A DNA stretch of 63,802 nt, the filler included, from Octopus bimaculoides (Eukaryota): NCBI RefSeq assembly GCF_001194135.2. It is 7 parts of 6 records of this genome, joined end to end, with 100 filler letters (N's around TTAATTAATTAA, not from the genome) between each part and the next. Parts side by side here need not be neighbours in the genome. Positions count along the whole stretch, not along the records: positions 25,024 to 38,749 come from NC_068999.1; positions 38,850 to 42,001 come from NC_068984.1; 5 more parts are not named here. One strand, written 5' to 3'. A model generated the notes under the pieces. That model saw only the letters and a list, made by a program, of their open reading frames with translations. It had not been told where the DNA came from and searched no databases. This document shows positions 25,910 to 40,174 of this stretch, piece by piece. Made by a program: the position numbers and the translations under genes. Each line of letters opens with the position of its first letter. The stretch's first letter is position 1.

Positions 25910-27199
25910 TTATATTTATTTATTTATACTTGAAACTTAAAAAACATTTCCTTCTGTTTTTTTCTGAGTGTAAACATAATATATTCATTAAAAAAAATTT
26001 TTTTTTTTTACTTTTGTCTTTGAAAATATGCAATCAACATCATTAGCTGTTCAGAGCTGAGTGATTCTGCATCAACTTATAGCATCCTCAGAGCTTCTGA
26101 AAATGGAAGCTATAACAAAGACCATGAAGTTGATTACATAATCCCTGTTCCCTTGTCATTTATTTAATTTCACTCATATATGTACATATACACACATATA
26201 TAAATATACACATATATATAACTACACACACAGACACATACACACACCCATACATATGCATATATACATACATATAAACACATATGCACACATATATATG
26301 CATATATATACATGCATACACATATGTACACACACACATAAGTGCAGGCATGGCTGGATGGTAAGAAACTTGCTTCCTAGTTCACTCCCACTGCATGCTA
26401 TTCTGGGCATGAATCTTCTGCTATAGTCTTAGCCTGGCCAAAGCTTTTTCAGTGTATTTGGTACAAGGAAACTTGAAGAAGCCTCCATTGTTAATATCTA
26501 ATTTTCAATTGGCCTGTTGGCTGTTAGCAATGACAGTAGGAAACTAGTTGCTGGTTCTCTACACATTGGTGGAAAAAAAATATGGTCAGCATGCAATATT
26601 GATAGATACCAGTTGCTGACAAAGTGCAAAACACCAAAACCAAGTCATGCACCAGTTCTACCACCAGCGTTGCACAATTCTCAGCTGTTACCAATATCAG
26701 TGTGTTTTTATACACTAGACACCTGATGAGAAACTTTTTCAGGGTGAATACTGCAATAATATAGAGAACTTATAAAACTCCAATGTCAAGCAGGATATAA
26801 AGTTTAATATTTGGTAATACTAATGTCTTATACACACTTATGTTAAATACATGTATCTATGTGTCTTTCTATTTGTTCTCCACTACAAATTTGGCAAAAG
26901 AGAGCAATGGAATAAGTACCAGGCTTTAAAAAAAAATAAGAAATAGGGTCCATTTGTTTGACTGAACACTTCAAGGTGGTATCTCAGCATAGCTGTAAAC
27001 CACTGGACTAGAACAAGTAAAAGACAAAACATACACACACACACATATGTATACATATACGCAGATATACATATACATATATATGTATATATACTTTGGG
27101 CTACATACTTTGTATTGTTATTGGGTTAGCGAAACAATTATGAGAATGGAACCAAGGGATAAGCCGTGCTTTCCTGGGAAATACTGGGTACATCAGCTA

Positions 27200-27254
<55 letters not shown>

Positions 27255-28687
27255 TATATATATAAACATGCATGCTTGTAACCAGACACTAAACAGATAA
27301 TAAACTCTTAATTANNNNNNNNNNNNNNNNNNNNNNNNNNNNNNNNNNNNNNNNNNNNNNNNNNNNNNNNNNNNNNNNNNNNNNNNNNNNNNNNNNNNNN
27401 NNNNNNNNNNNNNNNNNNNNNNNNNNNNNNNNNNNNNNNNNNNNNNNNNNNNNNNNNNNNNNNNNNNNNNNNNNNNNNNNNNNNNNNNNNNNNNNNNNNN
27501 NNNNNNNNNNNNNNNNNNNNNNNNNNNNNNNNNNNNNNNNNNNNNNNNNNNNNNNNNNNNNNNNNNNNNNNNNNNNNNNNNNNNNNNNNNNNNNNNNNNN
27601 NNNNNNNNNNNNNNNNNNNNNNNNNNNNNNNNNNNNNNNNNNNNNNNNNNNNNNNNNNNNNNNNNNNNNNNNNNNNNNNNNNNNNNNNNNNNNNNNNNNN
27701 NNNNNATCATTTGACAAGTGATGCTGGCATGTTTACATCCCCATAACTTAGCGGTTCGGCAAAAGAGAAAAAGAGATCGATAGAATAAGTACTAGGCTTA
27801 CAAAGAATAATTCCTGGGGTCGATTTGCTCAACTAAAAGCATTGCTCCACCACAGTCAAATGACTGAAATAAGTAAAAGTAAAAGTTAAAAGTATATGTG
27901 TGTGTCTGTGCTTATAAATTATTTACTTTTTCATGTTTCTATGAGTTGGATAGAATTCACAGAGGGAGATTTCCTATGGCCAGATGCTCTTCCTGTCGCC
28001 AATTTGCACCTGCTAGACATGTTCTCACAGAATACTGGAAATGAATTGCTTATATGACAGAGACAATCATTTTACAGCTATCCTGTGATGTAAAGAGAAG
28101 GGGACATGAGCATAGACAGAGTCTCTCTCTCTCTCTCTCCACACACACACACACACACACCATTTAATTTATACAGTATTAAAATAAAGGCTACTAATAG
28201 TTCCTTGCCATGGAAACACTGTAATGAGGTATATTTATTTAACATGCCTTGTCTCCAAGCAGTCAACTGGCTCAGGGTACAGGTTAATATTCTCTCTCTC
28301 TCTCTCTCCCCCTCTGTTGTGTGTATATATATTAATTCTCTCTCCCTCTGTTATGTGTGTGTATGTATATATATATATATATATNNNNNNNNNNNNNNNN
28401 NNNNNNNNNNNNNNNNNNNNNNNNNNNNNNNNNNNNNNNNNNNNNNNNNNNNNNNNNNNNNNNNNNNNNNNNNNNNNNNNNNNNNNNNNNNNNNNNNNNN
28501 NNNNNNNNNNNNNNNNNNNNNNNNNNNNNNNNNNNNNNNNNNNNNNNNNNNNNNNNNNNNNNNNNNNNNNNNNNNNNNNNNNNNNNNNNNNNNNNNNNNN
28601 NNNNNNNNNNNNNNNNNNNNNNNNNNNNNNNNNNNNNNNNNNNNNNNNNNNNNNNNNNNNNNNNNNNNTATATATATATATGTATAT

Positions 28688-29978
28688 AGTTTTTGTATGC
28701 AGCAAATGCTCAGGTGCTATAAACATTGAAAATGTGCAGAGAACAGCTTCTATCACATTCCAGGGAGAAAAACTACAAGTAGTTGATAGCTTCCGTTACC
28801 TAGAGGACCAAATCAGTAGCGGGGGTGGATGCTCTGAAAGTGTAGCTACTAGAATAAGAATAGCCTGGGTAAAGTTCAGAGAGCTCCTACCTCTGCTGGT
28901 GACAAAGGGCCTCTCGCTCAGAGTAAAAGGTAGACTGTATGACATATGTGTACGAACAGCCATGCTACATGGCAGTGAAACATGGGCTGTGACTGCTGAG
29001 GACATGTGTAAGCTTGCAAGGAATGAAGCCAGTATGCTCTGCTGGATGTGTAATGTCAGTGTGCATACACAACAGAGTGTAAGTGCCCTGAGAGAAAAGT
29101 TGGATTTAAGAAGCATCCAATGTGGTATGCAAGAGAGACTGCGCTGGTATGGTCATGTGTTGTGAACGAATGAGGACGGCTGTGTGAAAAAGTGTCACAC
29201 CTTAGCAGTTGAGGGAACCTGTGGAAGAAGTAGACACAGGAAGGCTTGGGATGAGGTGGTAAAGTATGACCTTCAAACATTGGGCTTTACTGAGGCAATG
29301 ACTAGTGACCAAGACCCTTGGAGATATGCTGTGCTTGAGAAGACCTGACAAGCCAAAAGAGACATAGCCTGTGGCCTATGCCAGTGGGTGTAACCAGCCC
29401 ACTTATGAGTACCCCCCATTCGTTGGACAATGAGCTTTGCTTGAGATGACCTATTGAGGCAAGTGAAGTCAAATCAAAATTGCTGACATGGCCGATGACA
29501 GTACCACCTGATTGGCACTCGTGCCAGTGGAACATTAAAAGCACATCCGAGCGTGATCGTTGCCAGGGCCACGGATTGGCTCCCATGCCAGTGGCACATA
29601 AAAAGCACCATTCGAGCGTGATCATTGCCAGCGTCGCCTTACTGACACATGTACCGGTGGCACGTGAAAAACAACATTCGAGCGTGATCATTGCCAGTGC
29701 TGCTGGACTGGCTCCCATGCAGGTAGCATGTAAAAAGCACCTTTTGAGCATGGTCATTGCCAGAACTGCCTGACTGGTCCTCATGCCAGTGGCACTTAAA
29801 AGCACCCACTACACTTTCGGAGTGGCTGACGTTAGGAAAGGCATCCAGCTGTAGAAACTTTGCCAGATCAGACTGATCCTGGTGCAGCCTTCTGGTTCAC
29901 CAGTCCTCGGTTAAACCGTCCAACCCATGCCAGCATGGAAAGCGGATGTTAAACGACAATGATGATGATGATGATGAT
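28688..29978 (+). mobile_element. RTE-clade LINE 3' portion with 3'UTR and (GAT)n tail
   Basis: FRYLEDQI...RIRIAWVKFRELLPLL...LHGSETWAV...LRWYGHVL, followed by a UTR ending CCAACCCATGCCAGCATGGAAAGCGGATGTTAAACG and (GAT)n. Confidence 0.92.
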
Positions 29979-30211
29979 ATATATATACAGACAAATATTT
30001 ATTAATACGTGTTTTTGTGTCAGGTTAGATTTAAATACAATTTAAGATTAAGCTGAAGGATTACTCCATAGTTTTTTAATAGAGCAGTTTACAAGGGTAA
30101 GTTGACTGACCCCAATGTTTTAGCTTGCACACACAGTGAAACTCTTTGATGATAGCTAGCAAGCTGAAACTTGCAAGTCATTGTGAATGTTTTCCTTGTA
30201 AATATTCACAT

Positions 30212-30293
<82 letters not shown>

Positions 30294-33209
30294 TATAGTG
30301 AAGAACTCTTTCTTTTCGCAAGTTTCTATAGATGCTTTATAGATGCAATAGAGTCATTTGATTGTAGTGAATTTCATTTGTTAACAAGATCAAAATTTGT
30401 ACATATGGCAAGTGCTCTGACTTCATGGCATTAGTAACTGAAACAACTTATAGCAAACTGTAGCATAAAAGTCTACATTTGATAATGATTGTAATTTGAA
30501 TTCATATCCACAAAATTTGATTTCCCACTTTAAATAAAATCCTTTAATTTGATGCGTGTGTGTGAGAGAGAGAGAGAAAGAGAGAGAGGGGGAGGGAGGG
30601 GGAGAGAGAGGGAGAGAGAGAGAAAGAGAGAGAGGGGGAGAGAAAGAGAGAAAGAGAGAGTGCATGATAGCAAAAAAGAAAAAGAAATAGAGAGCAAGTT
30701 AGAATGAAAAAGCACGGAAGAGAAAGACTCAAAACAGCAAAACTTTTAATGAGAAGTAGAAAGAGAGATAGAACACTAAAACATAAATACTCAACACTTT
30801 AGTGGTAATGGAGATGATGATGATAGCTACATGCAAAAGAAGCAAAGTTGAGAAAGTGGACAAACAAACTTTCAAGACAGATTGAAATTCATTCATCCTT
30901 TCTGTCTGTGAGAACGCTTCAGATATTCAACTTGGCAATGAAATGATAAATCAAGTTGACAACACAGCTGTATATATATAGATAAAGTCAGTTGACTTTA
31001 TTTATGTAGCTAATCTTTTTGAAACAAATATGAATATCTCAACATTTTCTTCCTCATCTTTGATCAAATCTGAGGCCATATCTTCCTGTAATAACTTATG
31101 TACATATAAAAATGATGTAAACAATCATTTAGAAGTTGATTACACATAAAATCAATACTAATTTAATAAAAGATAAAAACTAACACACACTAAAAGCAAG
31201 TTTACAATCTCAAGGAGCCAGGAGCTAGTATCCACTTAGCTATTACATTTCTTCAAAATATAACTTATGAGTTGGAAAATAGTTTAGAGGCTAGTTAATC
31301 CTTTTGGTATCCACCTGCTTAAGACTGCCCCTGGTTCTATGATACAAACTTCCTGTTTTAAAATTATCTAAATGGAAACCTTCCACGAAAAATTCATGCT
31401 AATTTATGTTCCAAACACCAGTTATTTTACTAAATTCTTCATAATTTTCAAAAATAACTGAAATGAAAGCAGGGTATTACATCAGAAAGATAGTAACAAA
31501 AAGATTAAGGATTTTCAGACATTCTCTGCCTGAAAGTATTGTTCTGATAAAGTTAACAGATGTCCGGTTTGAGGAAAATTCCTTTCTTTTTCTCTCTCTC
31601 TCTCACACAAACACACAGGGAATGCATAGACAGATAGATATACTATAATAGAAATTACATTACACAAAAAGAAAGTACCCTTTCCTTAATTTATATAGTC
31701 TCCAACACTGGTGACATCATTAGTGAAACTCCAAGTAGCAATTTTACTAACCTTGGTGACTACACACAAAATAGAGAAATGTACATAAAACTTGGTAGTA
31801 AAATCTTAGTTCATCTAAGTGAGATATTTAATCACTGAGAGTGCACAATGATTCAGTAGGTAGTAAGTGCTATGACACTATATTTATGCCAATTCAACCT
31901 CCAGTTCGATAAGTATACCACACAAAGACAATATGAAACATTTACCATAAGTTACCCGACAGAACAATTATAAGCTAAGTATTTACTTCACCAACCACTT
32001 TTGAATTAAATACAGTTTCTCATTAAACCCACAATAAATAACAGCAGGGCCATCATTATCATTGATTTTAATGTTCACTTTTCCATGCTTGCGTGGGTTG
32101 GAGAGAGTTTATGATGGCAGATTTTCTATGGCCAGATGTTTCCTGCTGCCAAACCTCATTTGTTCTCAAGTATCTGGCTAAAACTATGCCTTAATAGCAT
32201 ACAAGAAGTGACACATTTACTGAGATCTAAACCATAATCAAGTTCAGAACAAATGCTAGCTGTTAAATTATTATTTCTAACCAACAAATTATTTGTTGTA
32301 ATTTATGAATAATATAAAACCAATTGAAAAGGAATATCAACCATCTCTTTTTAAAACGGACATAATAAGCATTCTTCAACAATGTTTACCTCTCTTTGAT
32401 ATGGATATGGCCTGAATGAAGTAAAACCATCATACTTACTGAGCTGACTGTGTTTGCTTACTTTACTAAGGTATTTTCTGTTAATTGTTCACATCATAAA
32501 AATCATATACAAAGTATTTTGGTTGGAAGTTATTTAGATTTCTGTGTACAGCTTAAGTTCATCTGATATATTAAATGGTACTTTCTAAATGTCAGCATAA
32601 ATGCTATTCATTTTAAAATTAGAAGTTTTGGAAGTGATAGAGTCTGCTAGATTCTCTTAGGAAACCCTAAGTAATTGGTTTCTTTTCAGACTGTTTTGAT
32701 ACCAACCTAATTTAATGATACAAAACCTCTTGTTTAAAAAGCCTATATTTAAATTAGAACATTCCATCATAATTTTATGATGGAACATTTTCTTCATCTA
32801 TGTTCTAAATATCAAGTTAATAATGAAGAAAAATGAGAATGAAACTGCACCAAATATGAGCGATATTTTAAATTTATCTAAGATTTTGTCAATCACCCAG
32901 AAAAACAATGCTATACCGACCTTGATAAAATTCAAAAGTTGGTAAATTATCAAAATAGTTATGACTGTATTCTTAGTACTGTATATACATTTATAACTTG
33001 ATATTTTAAAATAGGTCTGTAAGATGTTTTTACAAGCATGTTAAAAGGTGAACTGTTGGAAGATGTGATTAGCTATTATTACAGGTAATTTTAAAAGAAT
33101 TATTCTCAGCTTGGTTTCCTTCTTAGGACAAGCAAGATAGGTTTCTGTAGATATCAGTGGAAATATTTCTGTCTTAACTCCCTTTAGTTGTTTTGTAGAA
33201 TATTACTTA

Positions 33210-34086
33210 CAGAGGTTGGACAAAATAATGGAAACACCTTAAAATTTCAAATAAATTTATATTAATATGGGGTAGGACCACCTATGGCAGTAATTACAGC
33301 TTGAATTCTATGAGTTATGGACTCATACAAAGTTTGAATTATTTCCAAAGGAATTTTTGTCCATTCTTCTGCTAAAACAGTCTCCAGTTCTTGTAGTGAT
33401 GATGGTGGAGGATATTGACTCCTTACTTGTTTTTCTAAAATGCACCATAAATGTTCAATAATATCAAGATCTGGGGACTGTGGTGGCCAGATAAGATGTT
33501 CAACTTCATTAGAATGTTCCTCGTGCCATTCAGTAACAACTTAGCTGTGTGAATTGGTGCATTATCATCCTGAAAGATTGCGTTTCCCTCCTGAGATAGT
33601 TCCACAACCATAGGATGAATTTGATCAGATAAAATGCTTAAATGGTCTTGATTATTAATTCTGCCATGAAAGGAAACCATTGGACTGGCAGATTTCCAAG
33701 ATATAGCCCCCCACCCCACGGATCATCACAGATCCTCCTCCATGTTTAACAGTTGGAAGAAGGCAGTCTGGGTCCAAAGCTCCTTTTGGCTGTCTCCACA
33801 AGTATACTCGGCCAGTGGTCAGAAATAAGGTAAAGGATGAAGACTCGTTTTCTTTACGCTAGCGACTGCCATATGAGCACCAACAATTTGCAAGAGATCT
33901 GTCATTTTAATGAATTTTAATTACCTTTTTCTGGTGATATCTGGAAAAAAACAGCAATTTTAGCAAAGCATATTAAGCAACACTAATAATAGTTAAAAAA
34001 ACATAAAAATAAACAAGCTTTTGACGGTTTTATAGGTATTTCAAAATTATGATGCTATGTGTTTCCATTATTTTGTTCAACCCCTG
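33210..34086 (-). mobile_element. Tc1-like DNA transposon, internally deleted and frameshifted
   Basis: TIRs are TA|CAGAGGTTGGACAAAATAATGGAAACAC and GTGTTTCCATTATTTTGTTCAACCCCTG|TA. The minus strand encodes WGAISW...IFQDDNAPIHTAK and, after a frameshift, WPPQSPDLDIIEHLW. Confidence 0.92.
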
Positions 34087-34374
34087 TATATACATTTACA
34101 AACTTATCTAGGTCCATTTCTGATGCTGTTATAGTTTCATAAAATAGAATTACCTTAAATTTCTATCAATAATATTCAAATGAACAGCAAATTTTTAGCA
34201 TATAAACACTTACAATATTTGTAAACTTATGAACACCTGTGGTTACGATCATATATATATTTCCATGCGCATCTTCCAACAGCACCAGCAATTCTCTTGA
34301 CATCACCTGTACTTCAGCAATCATATCAAAAAGTATCTCAAGTAGGTTCTACAAATTTAATACTTCAAAGGGGC

Positions 34375-34525
34375 CATGCAAAAAAAATTTCTCCATCTAA
34401 TTATTGGCCTGGCAAGAATCAGAAATTATTTAATTTAGAGGTTAAAATGAATATAATTAGCCAATATGAAGGAAGTAAAAAAAAAAGTAAATGCTACTGC
34501 AAATGGTGTACAGTTGTCCCATATC
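34375..34525 (+). mobile_element. Tigger/pogo-like transposase N-terminal remnant
   Basis: LFNLEVKMNIISQYEG..KKVNATANGVQLSH (one frameshift) resembles CENP-B-type HTH starts. Confidence 0.4.
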
Positions 34526-36807
34526 TATTATTATTATTATTATTATTATTATCATTATTATTATTATTAAAAACAGGGAAGCAATAAAATGTTCAGTTGC
34601 CATGCAGTTAACAATAACAAAAAAAAAAAAAAAACACAAGGGCTTCTTTCTTGTTTCCATATTCTTTCTTTGGGAGCAGGGAAGTTTAAATCTATGAGTG
34701 TGTACATGCACGTCTTCCTCTTCACCACCACCATTGTTTAACACCCATTTTACATATTAGCATAGGTTGGGTGGTTTGACAGGAGCTGATGAGCCAGTGG
34801 ATTGTGCTAAGCTAAAATGTCAGCTTTGACATGATTTCTATGAAATGCCAACCACTTATGTCACAGAAAGTACTGAGTGCTTTTTACATGGTATTGACAG
34901 TAGTGAGGCCACCAAGTTACATGCAATGCAAAACCCCTCGACTGAGGAAGAGGAGATGTAACATAAATAAATAAATACACACACACACACTTATACTGAT
35001 GTCAGATTGCTCACTACTAATGGTGACATATAATCCAGCACAACCTTTGTATGGTCAAGTTATTTGCATACTCAAAGTAGAGCTAGGAAATCACCTGATA
35101 GTTTTCCATGTCTTGCTCAGCATGAACTTTTGAGTTCATCTTTAATTTTCATCCTTTCAAGATCAAAGAAAAGTAACCAATCCAAGGTGGCAGAATGGTG
35201 GAACAGTGAGAATGTCAAACCAGATACTTTGCACTGTTTGTTCCAACTCTTTGTGTTCTGAGTTCAAATCTTGCCATGGCCTACCTGAGTGGTAGACTTA
35301 ATCCACCCAGCACCTTGTATGCCTTTAGCAGACCTCACCTGCTCAAAACATTCAGGCCACTTTTATAGTTTGAAGATATCTTCTTATCAGGCTCAGATGC
35401 CCTATAATGGGTTATGCATAGTGACTTCTCTCCAGATTAAAAGATAAGAATACATATGTGTGTGCATGCATGCGAGTGTGTGTGCATACACATTTATATA
35501 ATTCTTTTTTGGAACTGTAAAACTTGAAGTGGATAAAGCTATAAAGATTAGTGTTTAATATCTGGTTCCAATGGCAGAGTGTCGGTCCTGTTTACAGGAG
35601 ATATGGTTTTAGATCCCATGCACAACCTTCAACTTTTTTCATCCAAAAGGGGTTTTTAACCCAATATTTACAAGCTATTATTTAGTTTTGTCTGCTTTGA
35701 GTCTCACCATTCTCAATAAGAATTACTTCATGTTCTCTTGAAGTTTCTAAATTCTTATGGCATCAGCAATGTACAATTCTTGCTAAGGATAAAGTTTCTA
35801 AAATGGCTAGAGAAATTCAAAAGACTGCTTCGGTACAATGGTAGAATATCTGTCATGTTTATAGAGGATATGGCTTTGAGCCCCATGGGTAACTTTCAAC
35901 TTCTATCCAGAAAGTTTTTTAACCTAATATTTACAGGCTGTTACTTATAGCTTTATCTGCTTTGAGTTTCACCATTCCAAAAAGGAATTATTTTACATTC
36001 CCTCAAAGTTTCTAAATTCTTATGATGTTAACAATATATATATGTGCATATGTGTGTGTGTATTTATATTACAAGTACCTGTGTGTGTGTGGTTGTGTGG
36101 TTAAGAAGCTTGCTTCCCAACCATGTGGTCTTGGGTTCAGTCTCACCGTGAGGTAAGTATCTTCTACTACAGCCTCAGGCCAACCTAAGCCTTGTGAGTG
36201 GATTTTGTAGGAAGAAGCTTGTGTGTGTGTGAATACACTTGTACTGATATCACGTGATGGTTGTACACATGAATCACCATCATACAAGCAATGTTGTTCA
36301 TTTCCACACACACACACACACACACATTTGAGTAGGAGGTTAAGTGCTGACTACTGATGTATGGTCATAAGTTCAAATCTTATAACAATTAGTGTGTTGC
36401 CTTGAGGAAGATTCATAACTCTACTTTGAGTAGTTTACCTAATGGACCAATTACTACTACTACTACTACTACTACCTCGTGTTTGAGTGGTTAGCAATAA
36501 AAAAAATATTCAACAACAAAAGCAATTGCTTCAACAAAAATAAAACTGATCCTCTCCATTACAGTAGAGGTAAGTCAAATTTGTGTTGGAAGTGTATAGG
36601 CCCTGATACAATTTTAATTATGGTTAAAGACACAGTTTGTAATTTATAACTAGTACATCATTATGTTATTTCTTATCAAAGATAAGATGTATACAGTGTA
36701 CTGAAGATCAGTCAAACAAAAAAAAACCATGGTCCAGAATGTAATTACAGAACACCCTAAGCACATGCATGCATAGCCCCCCCCCCCCATACACAAATAT
36801 AAATAGA

Positions 36808-37170
36808 GTGTAGGCATGGTTGTGGGGTAATAAGAAATTTGCTTCCTAACCACATGATTCTAGGATCAGTCCCTCTGTGTGGTACTTTGGGCACATGTCT
36901 TCTTCTATCGCCTCAGGTCATCCAAGGCCTTGAGTGGATTTGGTAGACAGAAACTGAAAGAAGCCAGTCGTCTATCTATCTATCTGTGTGTGTGTGTATG
37001 TCCAAACACCACTGCTTGACAACTGGCACTGATGTGCTTACATCCCCGTAACTTAGTGGCTCAGCAAAACGAGACTGATAGAATAAGTACCAAGCTTGAT
37101 TTGTTTGACTTAAAATTCTCCAAGGCAGTGCTCCAGTATGGCTACAGTGGGACTCAAACAAAAGATAAAA
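36808..37170 (+). mobile_element. SINE family 1, full length
   Basis: Head GTAGGCATGGTTGTGGGGTAA through to tail CAAAAGATAAAAG. Further copies lie at about 17250-17337, 25024-25088, 26341-26482, 26890-27030, 27706-27890, 36081-36320 and 37495-37650. Confidence 0.8.
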
Positions 37171-37967
37171 GCTACATATTTATCACTGTCTTAACATCCA
37201 ATTTTCCAAGCTTCCATAGGTTGAGGTAGATAGATACTCTATGGTTGGATACCCTTCCTGTCATCAACCTTTATCAGTTTCAGAGAAAAGTAATATTTCC
37301 CCATGGCCAGACATGCTTTCACAGAACATTGGAAATGAAGAGAAACTGCTTGTATCACAGTGACTCAGTTACAATCATCATGTGATGCTAAGACAAGGAA
37401 ACAGCATACACAGAATCACACACATATATACATAAACAAACATACATACTTCTATATACATCTCTCTCTAAATACACACATAGAGATACACTAAAAGAGC
37501 TTTTCAGCTTCTGTTAACCAAATCCACTAACAGGGCTTTTGTCAGCCCTGGGGTAATAGCAGAAGACACTTGCCCATAGTGAAACTGAACTTGAAACCAT
37601 GTAGTTGGGCAGGGAACTTTTTTAACTATACACACATATGTGTGCCTGTGTCTATACATACACACACATTCATATACGTGTTGCATTGTAATTTCTATTG
37701 TCATAGTGCACCTGATAAAAGAAAATATCTTCAGATTTCTAATTAACAGCGAAAAATCATTTGTGGTTAAAAATTACAATCCTGGCATTAGTTTTCATAA
37801 ACGAAACGTCTAGGAATTTGAAGCATAGCAATAAGTTTTCCATTAGAATGAAATCATGTGATGAATGGTAGGAAACAGTTTATCAGTGTTATACAATGTT
37901 AAGAAAGAATTTGAAATATTTAGAATAAGGAGTAGGCAGAACTAACATCACCATGTGCGTGTGCATG

Positions 37968-38129
<162 letters not shown>

Positions 38130-38156
38130 TATATATGTACATATATACATACAAGA

Positions 38157-38187
<31 letters not shown>

Positions 38188-38575
38188 CACGTTTCTTTAT
38201 TAATCACTGGCAGAAGCTACAGAGTGTCTCAGGGGCCAAAAGTTTAGTGCATTGGCACTTATCAAACTGGTTTCAAATCAATGGGTCACGAACAGTGGAA
38301 CAGTGGTGATAATGGTATTTCCCTAGGATTGTTCTGGAACAAAGTATAGAAACAATTGCAAAGTCACGTGGACAATGCATATTTTTCAAATGGTTTGCCC
38401 TTTATGCCATTTAACAAATAAATAAACAAGGAAACTAAATAAAAGATGTGTGTGTGTGTAAATATATAGACATACTTATGCACATACTAATGAGAGTGCT
38501 AATGAATACAAATACAGTATGTACATTAGAACACATACATATGCATACATGTGTCCCCATATATGCACACATGCT

Positions 38576-38749
38576 CATCATCATCATCATCGTTTAACGT
38601 CCGCTTTCCATGCTAGCATGGGTTGGACGATTTGACTGAGGACTGGTGAAACCGGATGGCAACACCAGGCTCCAATCTAATTTGGCAGAGTTTCTACAGC
38701 TGGATGCCCTTCCTAATGCCAACCACTCAGAGAGTGTAGTGGGTGCTTT
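38576..38749 (-). mobile_element. RTE 3'-tail copy
   Basis: Reverse complement of the 29810-29978 tail: (CAT)n CGTTTAACGTCCGCTTTCCATGCTAGCATGGGTTGG. Shorter copies lie at about 45093-45210, 48390-48440 and 63605-63700. Confidence 0.8.
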
Positions 38750-39946
38750 NNNNNNNNNNNNNNNNNNNNNNNNNNNNNNNNNNNNNNNNNNNNTTAATTA
38801 ATTAANNNNNNNNNNNNNNNNNNNNNNNNNNNNNNNNNNNNNNNNNNNNGTATGTATGTATGTATGTATGTATGTATGTATGTATGTATGTATGTATGTA
38901 TGTATGGTACAAATGTACAAAAGTCGAAAGACAGAGACAAGTGAGGCAACAACAACCAAGGTTTATTGGTTTTATATATATGAGGCGAAGTATTCCGTCC
39001 GGGAGTTATGGGGTGTTAAAAACCGTGTTCAGAACTACACTATGGTAGGAAAACATCTGCGTACAAAATGACACCGGATTGAGATATAATCGGTTTATGG
39101 TGTGAGAAGAACGGTGTGGCCTTTTACTGGAATCTACTCGTCGACTTAGGAAGCATTAAAGCGTGGCTAAAGATATTGCTAAACTGATATGGTTGGCATT
39201 AGAAGTGACATGGTTTGAGATAAAAATAAAGGCCAAAAAAAAAAAATGTGATAATGTCAAGCATAGAATATTGATAAAGACGATAATAATGTTACTGTGA
39301 AGGTGTATGGCATTGTGTGTGATTAGAGTGTCGGGCTCGCAATCGTGAGGCTGTGCGTTCGGTTCCTGGAATGGGCTGTGGTTTATTTTCTTGAGCAACA
39401 CGTTGCACCAGTTCACTCAGCTGCAGAAATGAGTTGCGATGTGACTGGTGCCAAACTGTATCGGCTTCTGCTTTTCCCCCTTGGGCAACATCAGTGGTGT
39501 GGAGAGGGGTATACAAGGGCGACTGCCGGTCTTCCACGAACATTCTTGCCTGGGCTTGTGCCAGATAGGGGAACTTTCTAGGTACGACCCCATGGTCACT
39601 GGTGACCGATGGACGTTTTTACTCTTTTGATAATGATAATATCAAATATAATTTAAAAGATGGTGGTGAAGGTATCGTCTGGAGTGAATGTTTTATTGTG
39701 TTTTCACAACCCATTATAAAGTGGTTAACTGTGGTTACAGTTAGAGAAACAGCTAGAAAGAAAAGGAATTTGGAGCATTGTAGTGTAAATAAGATATTGC
39801 TTAGCAAAAACGAAACGGAAACTGAAAAATAGTTACCATACTATTTCGGTATTACAGAGAAGAGACATATTAGAAATATGCATAAATCCATGACATCCTT
39901 ATCTGTAATTCTCTCTTTCTCTCTCTCTCTCTCTCTTTCTATCTCA

Positions 39947-39998
<52 letters not shown>

Positions 39999-40129
39999 CT
40001 CTCTATCTGAGTCTCTCTCCCTCTCTCCCTCACTCTCTGTTTTCCATATATGTGTGCGCACGTGCATGCTCATCTGTGTATGCATGTATGTATGTATGTA
40101 TGTATGTATGTATGTATGTATGCGTGTGC

Positions 40130-40174
<45 letters not shown>

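Noticed and set aside
26524-26733. Hydrophobic minus-strand frame (KNTLILVTAENCATLVVELVHDLVLVF...) as a later SLC38A10 exon
   Set aside because: It does not align convincingly to SLC38A10 helices and has no matching donor.
29505-29810. Regularly spaced repeats as a CRISPR-like array
   Set aside because: Whole units are homologous with no unique spacers, the context is a eukaryotic LINE UTR, and there are no cas genes.
34212-34346. Minus-strand AG...GT-bounded open frame NLLEILFDMIAEVQVMSRELLVLLEDAHGNIYMIVTTGVHKFTNI
   Set aside because: No recognisable homology and no partner exons. It abuts a Tigger-like remnant and is compatible with chance.
36563-36567. Possible 5-nt microexon (TTACAG|TAGAG|GTAAGT) on the plus strand
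   Set aside because: No host gene is identified on that strand, and such motifs arise by chance.
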